Origin: Octopus sinensis
Taxonomy: Eukaryota
Direction: 5' to 3'
DNA length: 64,000 nt
NCBI RefSeq assembly: GCF_006345805.1
Contig: NC_043018.1
Span: forward strand, 20,460,001 to 20,524,000
Shown: positions 25,429 to 39,234 of the stretch, piece after piece
Numbering within the stretch: position 1 is the stretch's first letter
Layout: every line of letters begins with the position of its first letter
Notes under the pieces: model-generated
What the model was told of the DNA's origin: nothing
The model's input: only the letters and a program-made list of their open reading frames with translations
The model's database searches: none
Position numbers and translations under genes: made by a program

Positions 25429-25860
25429 CGTAGACATTGCTGTGTGGTAAAAAGCTTGCTTCCCGAACCACATAGTCCCTGGTTCAGTCCCACTGCATTG
25501 CCCCTTGAGCAAATGTCTTCTACTACAGCACTGAACCAACCAAAGCCTTGTGAGTGCATTTGGTAGGTGGAAACTGAAAGAAGCCCTGTTGTGTGTGTGT
25601 GAGTGTGTGTGTGTGTACACAAATATGAAAGCTGAGTCAATGAAATCACTAAGTAGTTTAAATACACACTGATATCTAAGTCTCTAAAAAGTATTAGAAG
25701 AAGGGTACCCAGGGCTCATGACCTGGATGTGGTCCTAGCCTCCTTAGAGCGTAGGAAGTTAAGGACCAAAGCACTTGCCAGAAGTGGGTTTCTTTGAAAA
25801 TCTTCTACTTTTCAGCTCTCTTAAGAACTTCTTACCACTATATATATATATATATATATA

Positions 25861-26052
25861 CATCATCATCATCATTTAGCGTCCGTTCTCCATGCTAGCA
25901 TGGGTTGGACGGTTCAACTGGGGTCTGTGAAGCTGGAAGGCTTCATCAGGCCCAGTCAGATCTGGCAGTGTTTCTACGGCTGGATGCCCTTCCTAACGCC
26001 AACCACTCCGTGAGTGTAGTGGGTGCTTTTTACGTGCCACCCGCACAGGTGC
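25861..26052 (-). mobile_element. Family C retroposon, 5'-truncated
   Basis: Conserved body and tail. Confidence 0.88.
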
Positions 26053-26270
26053 CACACAGAGCTGGCAAAACGTGGTGGTGGAACAATACTGTTGACAGGG
26101 CTATTAGACAAAAGAAACAGACTTGGAAGGACTGGAAGGACTGGAAGAACGGTGGTAGCAGGGAAGTGTATCAGACTGCAAGAAGGGAAGCTAGGAGGCA
26201 GGTTTATTTAGCCAGGGGGAAGCAGATAGGAAAAAATTTGCCAATGTCCTGCACCGTGAGGATGAAAGAC
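26053..26270 (+). pseudogene. RTE LINE ORF fragment (EN-RT linker)
   Basis: KTWWWNNTVDRAIRQKKQTWKDWK..YQTARREARRQV matches the RTE 'TWWWN..V..A...KK..FK.W' linker motif. Confidence 0.8.
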
Positions 26271-26365
26271 ATATATATATATATGAGAAAAAATGAGTTC
26301 AAAAAATAAACAATTCAAACTTTTTGTTTATAGTATATTTTTATACCTAGAACGAAACTCCTCAA

Positions 26366-26409
<44 letters not shown>

Positions 26410-26652
26410 ATTAGCATATCCAGCCTAACCAGGATGTCATGTTTATAGTGCCATAGGCTGTGGTGAATGTCCAAAAAAAACTATTTCTTGTAAACAACAA
26501 ACACTAAAAAAAGCATCAAAGTTTAGTCAACTGGTATATAATTTCGACACGTTTTACATTTGCCGTGTACATGAAATGATTTTTTGAGACGTTCACCACA
26601 GCCTACTCCTGCATCATAAACAACACATCCAAGTTGGGTTGAATGAGCTAAT
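26410..26652. mobile_element. Foldback MITE with long imperfect inverted repeats
   Basis: GGATGT..GTTTAT..TAGGCTGTGGTGAATGTC.AAAAAA is mirrored by TTTTTGAGACGTTCACCACAGCCTA..ATAAAC..ACATCC. Confidence 0.7.
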
Positions 26653-26725
26653 TAGCATTTGTTACTAAGGCTGCTTATGTTACTAATAGCTAATTTGTGT
26701 GTATGTGTCGTACATGTTTGCGTAA

Positions 26726-26772
<47 letters not shown>

Positions 26773-26812
26773 ATATATATGTTTATATTGTATACATCTA
26801 TGTGTGTATATA

Positions 26813-26865
<53 letters not shown>

Positions 26866-27238
26866 TTATATAATAGGGTTCAGCAAAAAAAAAAGGATGT
26901 TGGGTGGGGGGGGACAAACACAGACACACAAACATACACACACACACATATATATATATACATATACATGACAGGCTTCTTTCAGTTTCCATCTACCAAA
27001 TCCACTCACAAGGCTTTGGTCAGCCCGAGGATATAGTAGAAGACACTTGCCTAAGGTGTCACGCAGTGGGACTGAACCCGGAATCATGTGGTTGGTAAGC
27101 AAGCTACTTACCACACAGCCACCCATGTACCTATATAAAACATCCTCATTAACGTTTTATACATCAGACCTTAAACCTCAATATCTGAGCATTTCCTCAC
27201 ATCCGCATGGTAGAAAGTTTAAAGTTTTTTGTCTTTGT

Positions 27239-27304
27239 ATAGAGTCTGACGAGCTGTTCACAAGACTTTGGCTTTCATGGATACGAAACGTTTGGTAACT
27301 CTAT
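27239..27304 (+). ncRNA. Type-I hammerhead ribozyme, canonical core, perfect 7-bp stem I
   Basis: ATAGAGT CTGACGA G..(long stem II TGTTCA/TGGATA)..C GAAA C GTTTG GTA ACTCTAT; stem I extends via AAAGTTTAAA (27214) / TTTAAACTTT (27313). Confidence 0.85.
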
Positions 27305-27923
27305 GACTGGAATTTAAACTTTTGTTTTATATATATATATATATATATGCACATGGCCTTGTGGTTAGAGCAGCAGATTCGTGGTCGAGGCAAGGTTGTT
27401 TATGGATGACCACTAATCACCCATGCATACCACCAAAGTTACCCAAGGGAAAGGCAAAGGCCGATATGCAGCTGAGTGAACTGGAGTAACATGAAATAAA
27501 GTGTCTTGCTCAAGAACACAACACACAGCCCGGCCCAGGAATTGAACTCACTACCTCATGATTGTGAGCCCAACACTCTAACCACTGAGCCATGTGCCTT
27601 CATATATCATCATCATTATTTAGCGTCCGCTTTCCATGCTAGCATGGGTTGGACAGTTCAACTGGGGTCTGGGAAGCCAGAAGGCTGCATCAGGCCCATT
27701 CTGATCTGGCAGTGTTTCTACGGCTGGATGCCCTTCCTAACGCCAACCACTCCCTGAGTGTAGTGGGTGCTTTTTACGTGCCACCAGCACGGGTGTAAAT
27801 ATATATATATACATACACGCATACACAATTATACGCACAAATATAAACCCATACTTAAATACATATATATATATATATATATACACACACATGCAGATAT
27901 ATGTACACACATACACACATATA

Positions 27924-27961
<38 letters not shown>

Positions 27962-28579
27962 TATACACATGCATGCACACACCCCACACGCATTTATTTG
28001 GTCTATCGCAATGTTGTTTACATTTGGAGATCCGTCCCTTGGGGTCTAAACACCCAAGGAGAGAGGAAGGACTCTACAGTTGCCCACACAGTCCTCATTG
28101 TTAAACAGCCACATGGAGGCGGTGGCAGAGGGATGGGGGCAGGGTGGAGGGAGATCAGAAGGGGTCACACAAAAAACTGCTGCATAAGAAAGCAAAGCGG
28201 CCAACACAAGAGCTGCTTCGACTGATTTTCAGGTGTTTATATTTTAGTGGAAGTGCTTTTACATTCTGATATGTTTTCAATGATTACAGAAGCAGAGTGA
28301 ATGAGTGAGAAGTGGGGGGAAACAAATAATGCTATTATTAGGTTCCTATAGCATATTTATAGAAACAATCTATTAAATGTGGGGCATATTTGAGCATGTC
28401 TTATCAGTTTGTTTTTACTGTGAACTTTGGAACCTGTAAATAAGATGTGACCAACAAGATTCTTTATTACTTTGCCACTTGAAAGCTGTAAACAAAAACA
28501 AAAAGAGAGAGAGAGAGAGAAGAAAAGAAAAAAAGCATCTCAAAGGAGAGGTAAATAGTACAAGTTTGATTTGAAGAAA

Positions 28580-28616
<37 letters not shown>

Positions 28617-29152
28617 GATTGGCTGTATATGCAAGCGTAAGCAATGATTTATGAGCCGAGATGGGACAGAGTGATTTATATAGCACGGGACATGAGAAAA
28701 GAGAACAACAGTTGATGAGAAAGAAGAAGAAGAAGAGAGGAAATATATAGGACAGAGAGTGAGAGAGAGAGAGGGGGAGGGAGAGAGGGGGAGGGAGAGG
28801 GGGAGGGGAGGGAGGAGGGACAAACAGACAGACAGAGAAGAAATCAATATTACTGATGTTTGTCTGGCTAATGTTGCACATGACTTGGTTAAAGGATTTC
28901 TCAAGGAGATGGACAGTTTTTATCTCTTGTCTATTACAGAAAACCAAAAAAGAACTTTGGTTGTGAAGAAGCGGCACCAGAATCAAGCACGAAATAGTAT
29001 TCTATTAAACAACAAATCTATTATGGTAAATGGAATCATGCAAAAGAGAGAGAGAGAGAGAGAGAGAAAAAAGGATGAGGTAACTTGTATCAGCTTTGTT
29101 TCAGAATTGTATTTGGGAAGTGAAAGAAGTTTATTCATTCATTCATCAAAAC

Positions 29153-30044
29153 CAGGGGTTCTCAACCAGAGTTCACACGGTCCTGGAGGGTCCATATGTT
29201 TTTTTTTGGGGGGGGGGGCACGCAATAATATTGCAAATTGAAGAAAAAAATCAAAATCAAAATCGATCAACATCAATGGAAATTGCAGCTGTGATACCAG
29301 TGCCGGTGGCACGTAAGAGAACCATCCGAATGTGGCCGTTGCCAGCGCCGCCCCGACTGGCCTCCGTGCCGGTGGCACGTAAAAAGCACCATCCGATTGT
29401 GGCCGTTGCCAGCCTCATCTGGCACCTGTGCAGGTGGCACGTAAAAAGCACCCACTACACTCACGGAGTGGTTGGCATTAGGAAAGGCATCCAGCTGTAG
29501 AAACACTGCCAGATCAGACTGGGCCTGGCGCAGCCTTCTGGCTTCCCAGACCCTGGTTGAACCGTCCAACCCATGCTAGTATGGAAAACGGACGTTAAAC
29601 GATGATGATGATGATGAAGATTCACCGTAGCATTTTAAGGGACCCTGAAACAATTTTGCTCTAGATGTATGTATTAGTATGTATTGCAAGACACAGGTTT
29701 CTTTCTCTAACATTTTACATAGATCGACCTACACAAGGGAGTGTGCGAAAAACAAAATAGGGATTTCGAAAGACATTTCTATAAAACTAGTTTACAAACA
29801 TCAAGTGGCTTTAGGGATCCACCAGAATAAAATAGTAATCAAAGGGGTCTACAGATAAAAAAAACGGTCAAGAACCATGTTTTACTTAGTTCAGCCTACA
29901 CAAGGGAGCATGTGAGAAACAAAATAGGGATTTTGAAAGAAGTTTCTTTAAGACTAATTTTTAAAAATTGAATGGCTAAGAGGGTTCACAAGAATAAAAC
30001 ATTAATCAAGGGGTTCATAGGTAAAGAATGGTTGGGAACCCCTG
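29153..30044. mobile_element. hAT-like MITE containing a family C insertion (29250-29616) and an internal duplication
   Basis: TIRs CAGGGGTTCTCAACC / GGTTGGGAACCCCTG; 8-bp flanks ATCAAAAC / ATTTAAAC. Confidence 0.72.
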
Positions 30045-31317
30045 ATTTAAACAGTCTGCTCTCATCATGCCAGCAGAAGATGGACAAAGGCAGTTCTGAT
30101 AGCACTGCATTTTTTCTTTTTTTTAGTAGAAATGTTCTTCCTGTTACAACCTTTGGCTGTTTTGCAAGGAAGGCATTTTTATTCCACTTAACTTTTGAAA
30201 GAACCAAAAACTACCAAGTGCTAAGCTAAAGGTTGATTTCTTAACAGGGAATTTATCAATGCATTTGCTTGAGGAATTTCATGAAGATGTCACACAATGT
30301 AAATATACACTCGTATACATGCACTCACACACATATAATTCAATCAAGATGATCACTGAATTTGGAAACGTTGGTGTAACTTCCCCAGTAGCTATGAGAA
30401 AAATAGGGTTAAAATACATGCAAGGGTTAGAAGCCTTTGACAGTAGCAAATACAAAAATGGTACAAAATATATGAAAAAAAAAATTAATATTACAGGAGT
30501 CGAAAAAGAAAAGGCAAAATATTAGTCTCTCTAGGACTGTGTCTCGGTTAATGGCACACTAACAAAGGAGGAGTAGGAAGTAGAGGAGGAAGGGGAAGAG
30601 GAGGAAGAAGAACAAGAGGAAGAAGAAAAGAAGCTTTAAGATCCGATAGAGTAATACAAGAGTTCCCCAAGAGGGGTCAAAATAACACATGGTCTCAACA
30701 CCAAACCATAATGGAGATTTATGGACACATCCCACCCATTTCTACTATTGGTGTCCAATGAAGAGCTGCTCTGGGAGTTAAACAACAACAAATCAAAACA
30801 TTACTGCCCACCCACCCTCCCTACTTCTTGAATTAATTTTAAATAATTATTGTTATTATCTTCTTCTACTAGTTTCAGTCACTAGACTGCGGCCATGCTG
30901 GAGCACCACCTTGAATTTTAAGTCGAATGAATCGACCCCTGTTCTGTTTTCTTTTTCAAGTCAGGTACTTGTTCCATTGATCTCTATTGCCAAACCACTA
31001 AGTTATAGGGACAGAAACACACCAGCACCGGTTGTCAAGCGATGGTGGCGGACGAACACAGACACAAAGACACACACATACAAAAATACATATATATATA
31101 TATATATAAAATACAAAATGGGACAAGAACACAAAACATCCGTGCAACAGCTATATTCCTCTCTGTGCCTGTGAAATCTTGTATCCCTACCGTAATTTAA
31201 TTTAATTTGTCCTTAGTCGAAAGACACCTGTTGTTATGTCCTGTTATTTCTATTTGTGTAACATTCTCCGTTATATCCATGAGTGTGTGTGTGTGGAGAG
31301 AGGCATATATATATATA

Positions 31318-31814
31318 CTAGCAGTATCGCCCGGCGTTGCTCGGGTTTGTAAGGGAAATAACTATATAAGCATTTTTAGAGAGTTACTTCCCTTATAAAT
31401 TCGGGCTTTCTTAGCCATTTTTGTTTTGGTGTCTTCAAGCCATGAAGTCGTTGTTCTAAAAGAACGCTGGTTTCCTTCACAACGCATTACGACGTTGATT
31501 TCTTTACACTCCCTTCCCCACAGCTTCACGAGGGAGAGAAGAAGGGGGAGAAGCAAACAGGTGCAGCTGTGAGCGTGGACGCCAACTCTGCCGCCATCGA
31601 CACACGATGCATTTTATGCATTAAAATGGAATAAAAAATGATGTTAAATTATTTTTAAAATCGTAGACTCATCGTTGACGTGCGCTAATAGCCAGACGGG
31701 CTCGATATGAATCACGACTATAAGATACCCGAATTTGGTTAAACTGCACCGCAAAATGTGGGAGGAGTTAGGAATCTAAATCGAAGGGGACAGACACTCA
31801 CACAACTAGAGTTT

Positions 31815-31862
<48 letters not shown>
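31318..31862 (-). mobile_element. Non-autonomous Helitron
   Basis: Near-identical to 13159-13656; the 5' end merges into an expanded (TA)n(GA)n. Confidence 0.88.
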
Positions 31863-31894
<32 letters not shown>

Positions 31895-32898
31895 CACATA
31901 TGCACACATAAATAGCTTATTTATAAACTTACACACACACACACACATACATACATATATACACACACACCTACCCATATGTAAATATATACATAAATAT
32001 ATAAATATACATATATATATATACACACATATATATATATACACACACAAACATAAATATATATATATATACACATAAATATATATATATACATAAATAA
32101 ATATATAGATATATATATATATATATACATAAATAAATATATATATATATATATATGCTAACTGGTAGAAAGTTGTAAAACTGACTCAGAGGCTAAGAGT
32201 TTTATGACACTTAGCAAAATACTCATATACACCAACACAGAAAGCGAGTGAGCAATAAAGAAAAAGACGGACAAAAACAGAGAGAGAGACAAACACATAG
32301 CAGGAAAAAGAGTGAGAGAATGAAATATTTAAATACACCATGTAAAATATTAATGTGTGTGCGTGTGTGCGCATGTGTGTGGGTGTGTGTGTTTGTTTAC
32401 ATTAGCATCTACTTTCATTGAGGTGTTTTATATTCTGAGGAAACTAAGTTTTTCTTTTTTTTTTCAAATAAATACTGACAGCTGCTAACCTTCAGCAGTC
32501 AAATATGAACGAGAATTTTAATAACCATTGTCTTGTTGGAGGCAGTTCTTTGACTGAAACACACTCACACATACGCATATATATATTTCCATACTCTTTA
32601 ACTGTTTCAGTCATTTGACTGTGGCCATGCTGGAGCACCGCCTTTTAGTCGAGCAAATCGACCCCGGGACTTATTCTTTGTAAGCCCAGTACTTATTCTA
32701 TCGGTCTCTTTTCCGTCTACCAAATCCACTCACAAGGCATTGGTCGGCCCGGGGCTATAGCAGAAGAAACTTGCCCAAGATGCCACGCAGTAGGACTGAA
32801 CCCGGAACGATGGGGCTGGTTAGCAAGCTACTTACCACACAGCCACTCCTGCGGCATATGTATGTATCTATATCCATATGTGTGTGTGTATGTGTGCA

Positions 32899-32961
<63 letters not shown>

Positions 32962-32997
32962 ATATGTATGTATCTATGTCCAAATGTATGTATGTAA

Positions 32998-33485
32998 TCA
33001 TCATCATCGTTTAACGTCCGTTTTCCATGCTAGCATTGGTTGGACGGTTTTGACTGAGGACTGGCAAACCAGATGGCCGCACCAGGCTCCAGTCTTGATC
33101 TGGCAGAGTTTCTACCGCTGGATGCCCTTCCTAACGCCAACCACTCCAAGAGTGTAGTGGGTGCTTTTTACGTACCACCTGCACGGGGGCCAGTCAAGCG
33201 GTACTGGCAATATCTTCGCTTGAATCTTTTTACACGTGCCAGTGAAGTGACGTTGGTAACGATCACGCTCGAATGGTGCCCTTTTACGTGCCACAGGTAC
33301 AGAAGCCAGTTGGCTGCTCTGGTAACGATCACAACGATCACGCTCGGATGGTGTTCTTGGCACCCTACTAGCACAGGCATAAGTGCCAGTAAGGTGACGC
33401 TGGTAATGATCATACTTGAATAGCCTCTCTGTCAATGATCACACTCATATGGTGCTCTTTGCACACCGCTAGCACAGATGCCAGC
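32998..33485 (-). mobile_element. Family C retroposon, divergent module set
   Basis: Conserved body; modules carry GGTAACGATCACGCTCG variants. Confidence 0.85.
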
Positions 33486-33922
33486 GGATATATATATATT
33501 TATATATATATATATATGTGTGTGTGGTATGTTTACATCCCCCATAACTTAGCAGTTTGGCAAAAGTGACCGATAGGATAAATACTAGGCTTATAAAGAA
33601 TATGTCCTAGGGTCGATTTGTTCAACTAAAGGCAGTGCTCCAGCATGACCACAGTCAAATGACTGAAACAAGTAAAAGAAAAGAATAAAGATCAGAATAT
33701 ATATATATATATTAGTAGGCAATATAATTCCAAAACTTAAAGGGAAAAAATTAAATTTAACAATTTAAAATCAAATTTCACAATATATAATATTGTACTT
33801 TATTGATTTTTAAAATAAGGTTTTTTTTATAGTATATGTTTTCTATATGGTGTGAATAACATCTTTTTTATTGAATTGTTTAATAGAGGTTTTTCTCTAA
33901 ATTATATACATATAATACATAT

Positions 33923-34302
33923 AGGCGCAGGAGTGGCTGTGTGCTAAGTAGCTTGCTTACCAACCACATGGTTCCGGGTTCAGTCTCACTGCGCAGCACC
34001 TTGGGCAAGTGTCTTCTACTATAGCCTCGGGCTGACCAAAGCCTTGTGAGTGGATTTGGTAGACGGAAACTGAAAGAAGCCCGTTGTATATATGTATACA
34101 TATGTGTCTGTGTTTGTCCCCCACCAACATCACTTGCCACCGATGCTGGTGTGTTTATGTCCACGTAACTTAGCAGTTCGGCAAAAGAGACCGATAGAAT
34201 AAGTACTAGGCTTACAAAGAATAAGTCCTGGGGGTTGATTTCCTCAACTAAAGGCAGTGCCCCAGCATGGCTGCAGTGAAATGACTGAAATGAGTAAAAG
34301 AG
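33923..34302 (+). mobile_element. SINE family A, full length
   Basis: Homology to family A. Confidence 0.92.
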
Positions 34303-35390
34303 TATACACACACACACTTTCTCTCCTCTACTGGTTTCAGCCAAACATTGGGACCATGCTGGAGCGCTACCTCTCAGTGTATTTCAGTTTCGTTTCTATA
34401 CTGTTTTTGGTAAAGTAGCTAATCAAACAGAGCCGCACTTCCTTGTACCTCCTGCCACTGTGTGGATTCATCTGGTATTTCAGATAAAAATGTGTCCAAG
34501 CACTCCTTGAAGACCTTCACATCTACACCTTACAAATCTCTGAGGTTGTTTGACGGAATGCTGAATAGTTATGGATCTCCGGAACCCAGGTTGTTATAGC
34601 ACTGGGTCCTAATTCAAGTGTCCGCAAATATCAATAAGATCCCCGTTTTCACAGCAAAGTAACCACTGTAGCACCCCAAAACGACTCCCAATCAATTTCT
34701 CACCTGAAGTTACTCACTCCTGTAAACTTTAATCCCCTTCCAGCCACATTTAGACCCCTTTTTATATAAAAATCCAATTTGTATCAATGTTCACCTTCAT
34801 TTTATAGATTAGATTAAAGATAACTGCCTCTAGCCGCTGCAGCAACACGAAAAGCCACCATTATTCAAACAGCGTAACCTGTCTATCCCATGAAACTCTA
34901 TTTTTCCCATATTCCTCACCATGGCAACCAAACAGTAGCCCCCAGCAACTTGCAACCCTCCTCACACCATTGCCCACCCCATTTTACCCCCCAGTGTAAA
35001 TTTTGGCACCAATCCGACCCCATCTACCGCCCCTTAAAATGTTCCCATCCCAAAATGAGACAAATAACCAAGAAACCAAACAACTTTCAGTTTTATAGAT
35101 ATTGATGATGAAAAGCGGAGGGAAGGAAGGAAGGAAAGAGAGAGATTGAGGAAGACACGGTGATATCCGAAAGAGAGAAACGACAAACACTTGTTAAAGT
35201 CTGGGTTTTGTTACCCTAGTAACCACAGCTTTTGAGATAGAGGTTTATAACCTAGTCCAGTCGTTTCCTCACCACTTTTTAAATGTCCCTGTAAATTTTG
35301 GAGCCAACCCAACCCCATCTAGTGCCCCTTAAACCGTTCCCATCCCAAAATGAGACAAACAAATTTTTCGCATTTCAGCTTTATAGATAT

Positions 35391-35458
<68 letters not shown>

Positions 35459-36086
35459 TCATTTATTGCCAAACTAGCAAACTAGCATGGCAGCCCAGAG
35501 AAATAAGACGAATGCTGCTGTTGATTAGCTCCAAAAGGCTATTGCCTCTAGCTAGCTATGTGACGCACGAACCTGCGTCCATAAACCTTTGCTGCTGTAT
35601 CTCTCCTTCAGAGAGAAATTAGAAATTATAACATTTCTATTTATATATATACATACACACGAGTGCATGTGCACATGTGCACACACATACACACACACAC
35701 ACATGCACACATATGTATATATATCAACACCCACACATATACAGCCCACTTTCTGTTCTGGTTTGAACCCATTATCATTCAATGGTGCTACTGCTATCTT
35801 TCAAGAAAGCATGAATGAATTACAACAGCAGCAGTAGTAGTAGTAGTAGCACCACCACTCAGCTGAACCAGTCTTGTGACTAGTTTTTGCTGGTTACATT
35901 CTGACTTCAATAGTACTGGTGCCCTGTCAAAAAGAGAAACAACAAAAAAAAAACAAAAACCCCACTTAATACACTCTGTATAGTAGTTAGCATTAGGCAG
36001 GGCATCCAGCCATAGAAACCATGGCAAAGCAGACACTGGAGCCTAGCACCTTTCTCCAACCTAATTGGGGGCTGTCAAACCATCTG

Positions 36087-36788
36087 ACCCATACCTATTT
36101 CTTTATTACCCACAAGGGGCTAAACACAGAGAGGACAAACAAGGACAGACATAAGTTATTAAGTCGATTACATCGACCCCCAGTGCGTAACTGGTACTTA
36201 ATTTATTGACCCCGAAAGGATGAAAGGCAAAGTCGACCTCGGCGGAATTTGAACTCAGAACGTAACGGCAGACGAAATACGGCTATGCATTTCGCCCGGC
36301 GTGCTAACGTTTCTGCCGACCCATACCTATTTCTTTATTACCCACAAGGGGCTAAACACAGAGAGGACAAACAAGGACAGACATAAGTTATTAAGTCGAT
36401 TACATCGACCCCAGTGCGTAACTGGTACTTAATTTATCGGCCCCGAAAGGACGAAAGGCAAAGTCGACCTCGGCGGAATTTGAACTCAGAACGTAATGGC
36501 AGACGAAATACGGCTACGCATTTCGCCCGGTGTGCTAACGTTTCTGCCGACCCATACCTATTTCTTTATTACCCACAAGGGGCTAAACACAGAGGGGACA
36601 AACAAGGACAGACATAAGTTATTAAGTCGATTACATCGACCCCAGTGCGTAACTGGTACTTAATTTATCGACCCCGAAAGGATGAAAAGCAAAGTTGACC
36701 TCGGCGGAATTTGAACTCATAACGTAACGGCAGACGAAATACGGCTACGCATTTCGCCCGGCGTGCTAACGTTTCTGCCGACCCATAC
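36087..36788 (-). mobile_element. Tandem triplet of SINE family B (about 231-bp unit)
   Basis: GACCCATAC at 36087, 36318, 36549 and 36780 separates three near-identical units. Confidence 0.93.
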
Positions 36789-39234
36789 CAGCATGGAAGA
36801 CAGATGTATGATGATGATGATGTATTTCCTGAGTAATGATTAGAAAAAAAATTTATTATTTTTTTTTTTTTAAATAGATAGTTTTACTGCAACCATAAAG
36901 AACAGGAAGAAAAGAAAAAAGAAACATGTAACGTTATATAGCAATTCAAACCTTGCAACTGGCGCCAACAGTCCTGAAATACTTCTGTCACCTGGCACTA
37001 CAGTCTAATTAATGGGGATATATTATTAATGAAATAAAGTAACAAACAAAATAAACGTAACAACAACTGTCCCAGAATTGATTCCGTGTCAGGAGTAGTT
37101 TTGAGATTTACTGCTGTAACGCTGGAGATTGATACTTTGTTTGAATCATCAGTCGTGTTTAAACAAGAATTTGGATTCTCAATTGTACTTTTGGAAACCA
37201 GTTACCCTCTCGTGGCTATATTCCTATGCCTGCGTGGAGTCAAGAGATGGGAACTTCTCAGCTGGAGAGACATGTACCCAAGGGAATGAATGAATGAACA
37301 CAAGCACCATAATAATAAGGCTTTCAAACTATGGCACAGGGCCAACAGTTTTTGAGGGGAGGGGGAAGTCCATTACATCAACCCCCAGTACTAGACTGGT
37401 ATTTGTTTTATCAATTCCAAAAGGATGAAAGGCAGAGTCAACCTTGACGGAGTTTCGGATGCTTTACATCCAATCATTATTCTTCATTTAGGGATAGCAG
37501 TAAACGCAATAGCACAGGGCTTAGTAAATTGTTGTGGCATCTTAAAGACAAGAATAAGGATTTTAAGTTAGATTGGTTCATCCTGTCCATCTCTTTCCCT
37601 TATGACAAGGGCAAAGGATTCTGTAACATTTGCAACTCTGAACTCTTCCATATTCTCTTCTCTAAGAATCACCTTGTTAACACACTTATTGAGTGATCTT
37701 ACAAATGGAAAACTGGCAGAAACATACCTTTAGCTCATATAAGTGATTTATACCAGTCTGTATAGTTTGAACATTTAGTTCACCTTGCACTTTACTTCAA
37801 TAGAGAAATCTACTTCCAAGCCTTTGAACATTTTTTCAGCCAACATATCCCTCTATATTTCTCCATTTCTCCTTATTATTTCTTTACCCCTTCTCTTTCT
37901 ATGATCTACTGTTGACGTCAGATCTACTAATGGTTATTTTTTTAAATACTTAATAGCGTTCTGTTTATCATCTATGCAGTAATCAAAATTGTTATAATGT
38001 CTTGTTGTTGAGATGAGTTCCCTTTCTTTCCTGATGAGAAGATTACATTATTTTACATTGTTTATTCTTTTGGAATAAAACCAATGTTGTCTTCAAAACA
38101 TATGTCGAAAGTAAAAGAATTTGAATAACATCTGCGTTCAACTCCATTTATTTACTTATATATAATATATATATATTTTTTCTCAACATATGGCCCTTAA
38201 ACACCCTTCCAGCAGCCCCTGACAGTCTTCCCTCTATATATAATATAATAATTTTTTCCTTGATTAACAGGAGTCTTACTTTTTTGGTGCAGCCCCATAA
38301 AAAAATTCAGGTTCCGAATCAACCCCGAATATTAAAAACTGAGAATCATTGGAATGGACTTTTCTAAAGGCACCACTGACACCAAAATATTGGTTTCTAA
38401 AATAGGCAACAGGCCAGGAATTTGACAGGCAAAAGAAAGTCGATTATGTGACAGTCCAGTACTTGACTGGTACTTTATTTTATCGATCATAAAAGGACGA
38501 AGGGGCAAAGTTCACCTTGGCAAGATTTGAAATCTGAATGTTAAAATGTCAGGCTGAATACCAAGAGGCACATTATCCAACATTCTTAACTTATAAGCAA
38601 TGAAATATCTATTTATTTGGTACAAGACCAAAACTATGGGGGTCAAGAGGACAGGTGACAGATTAGTTGATCATAACCCAAGTACGTAACTGGTACTTAT
38701 TTAATCCCAATAAAAAATTACCATCACAACAAAAATATTCTCATGTCAGAAGTCATCATTATAATTTGTTCTTAACAACAAAAACAAAATCTGACTGGCT
38801 TCACTATCATCTCAATAACTATTAATATCATTATTATTATTAGTATTATCATCATCACTGACAACAGACACCAACTGTTTACTATCATCATTTATTATCA
38901 TTTCAGTCAGTACTCTATATCATACATTGTAATCATCTCTGACACTTCGCAATAAGCTTTATCTCCTTCATCATCATTATCATCACAATTATAGCCATGA
39001 CTACCATCATCATCATCATCATCATTTATCATCATGACTAGAATTCTCATTACTATCATCGCTGTCATCATCACCACGATAATTGTCATCATTGACCACA
39101 AACCAATGTGTTTAGTGCATTGAAGCAGCCAGATACGACAAGGATACAAGAGTATTTTATGGGGATGGCACAGGATGGCTACAGCAAGGAAGAGGGGAGA
39201 GCGTCAGAATGGCAATGGGAAGAGCGACAATAAA

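Noticed and set aside
37560-38150. Possible old minus-strand LINE RT remnant
   Set aside because: Only a vague GxxQxxPxS-like trace; too degenerate to support
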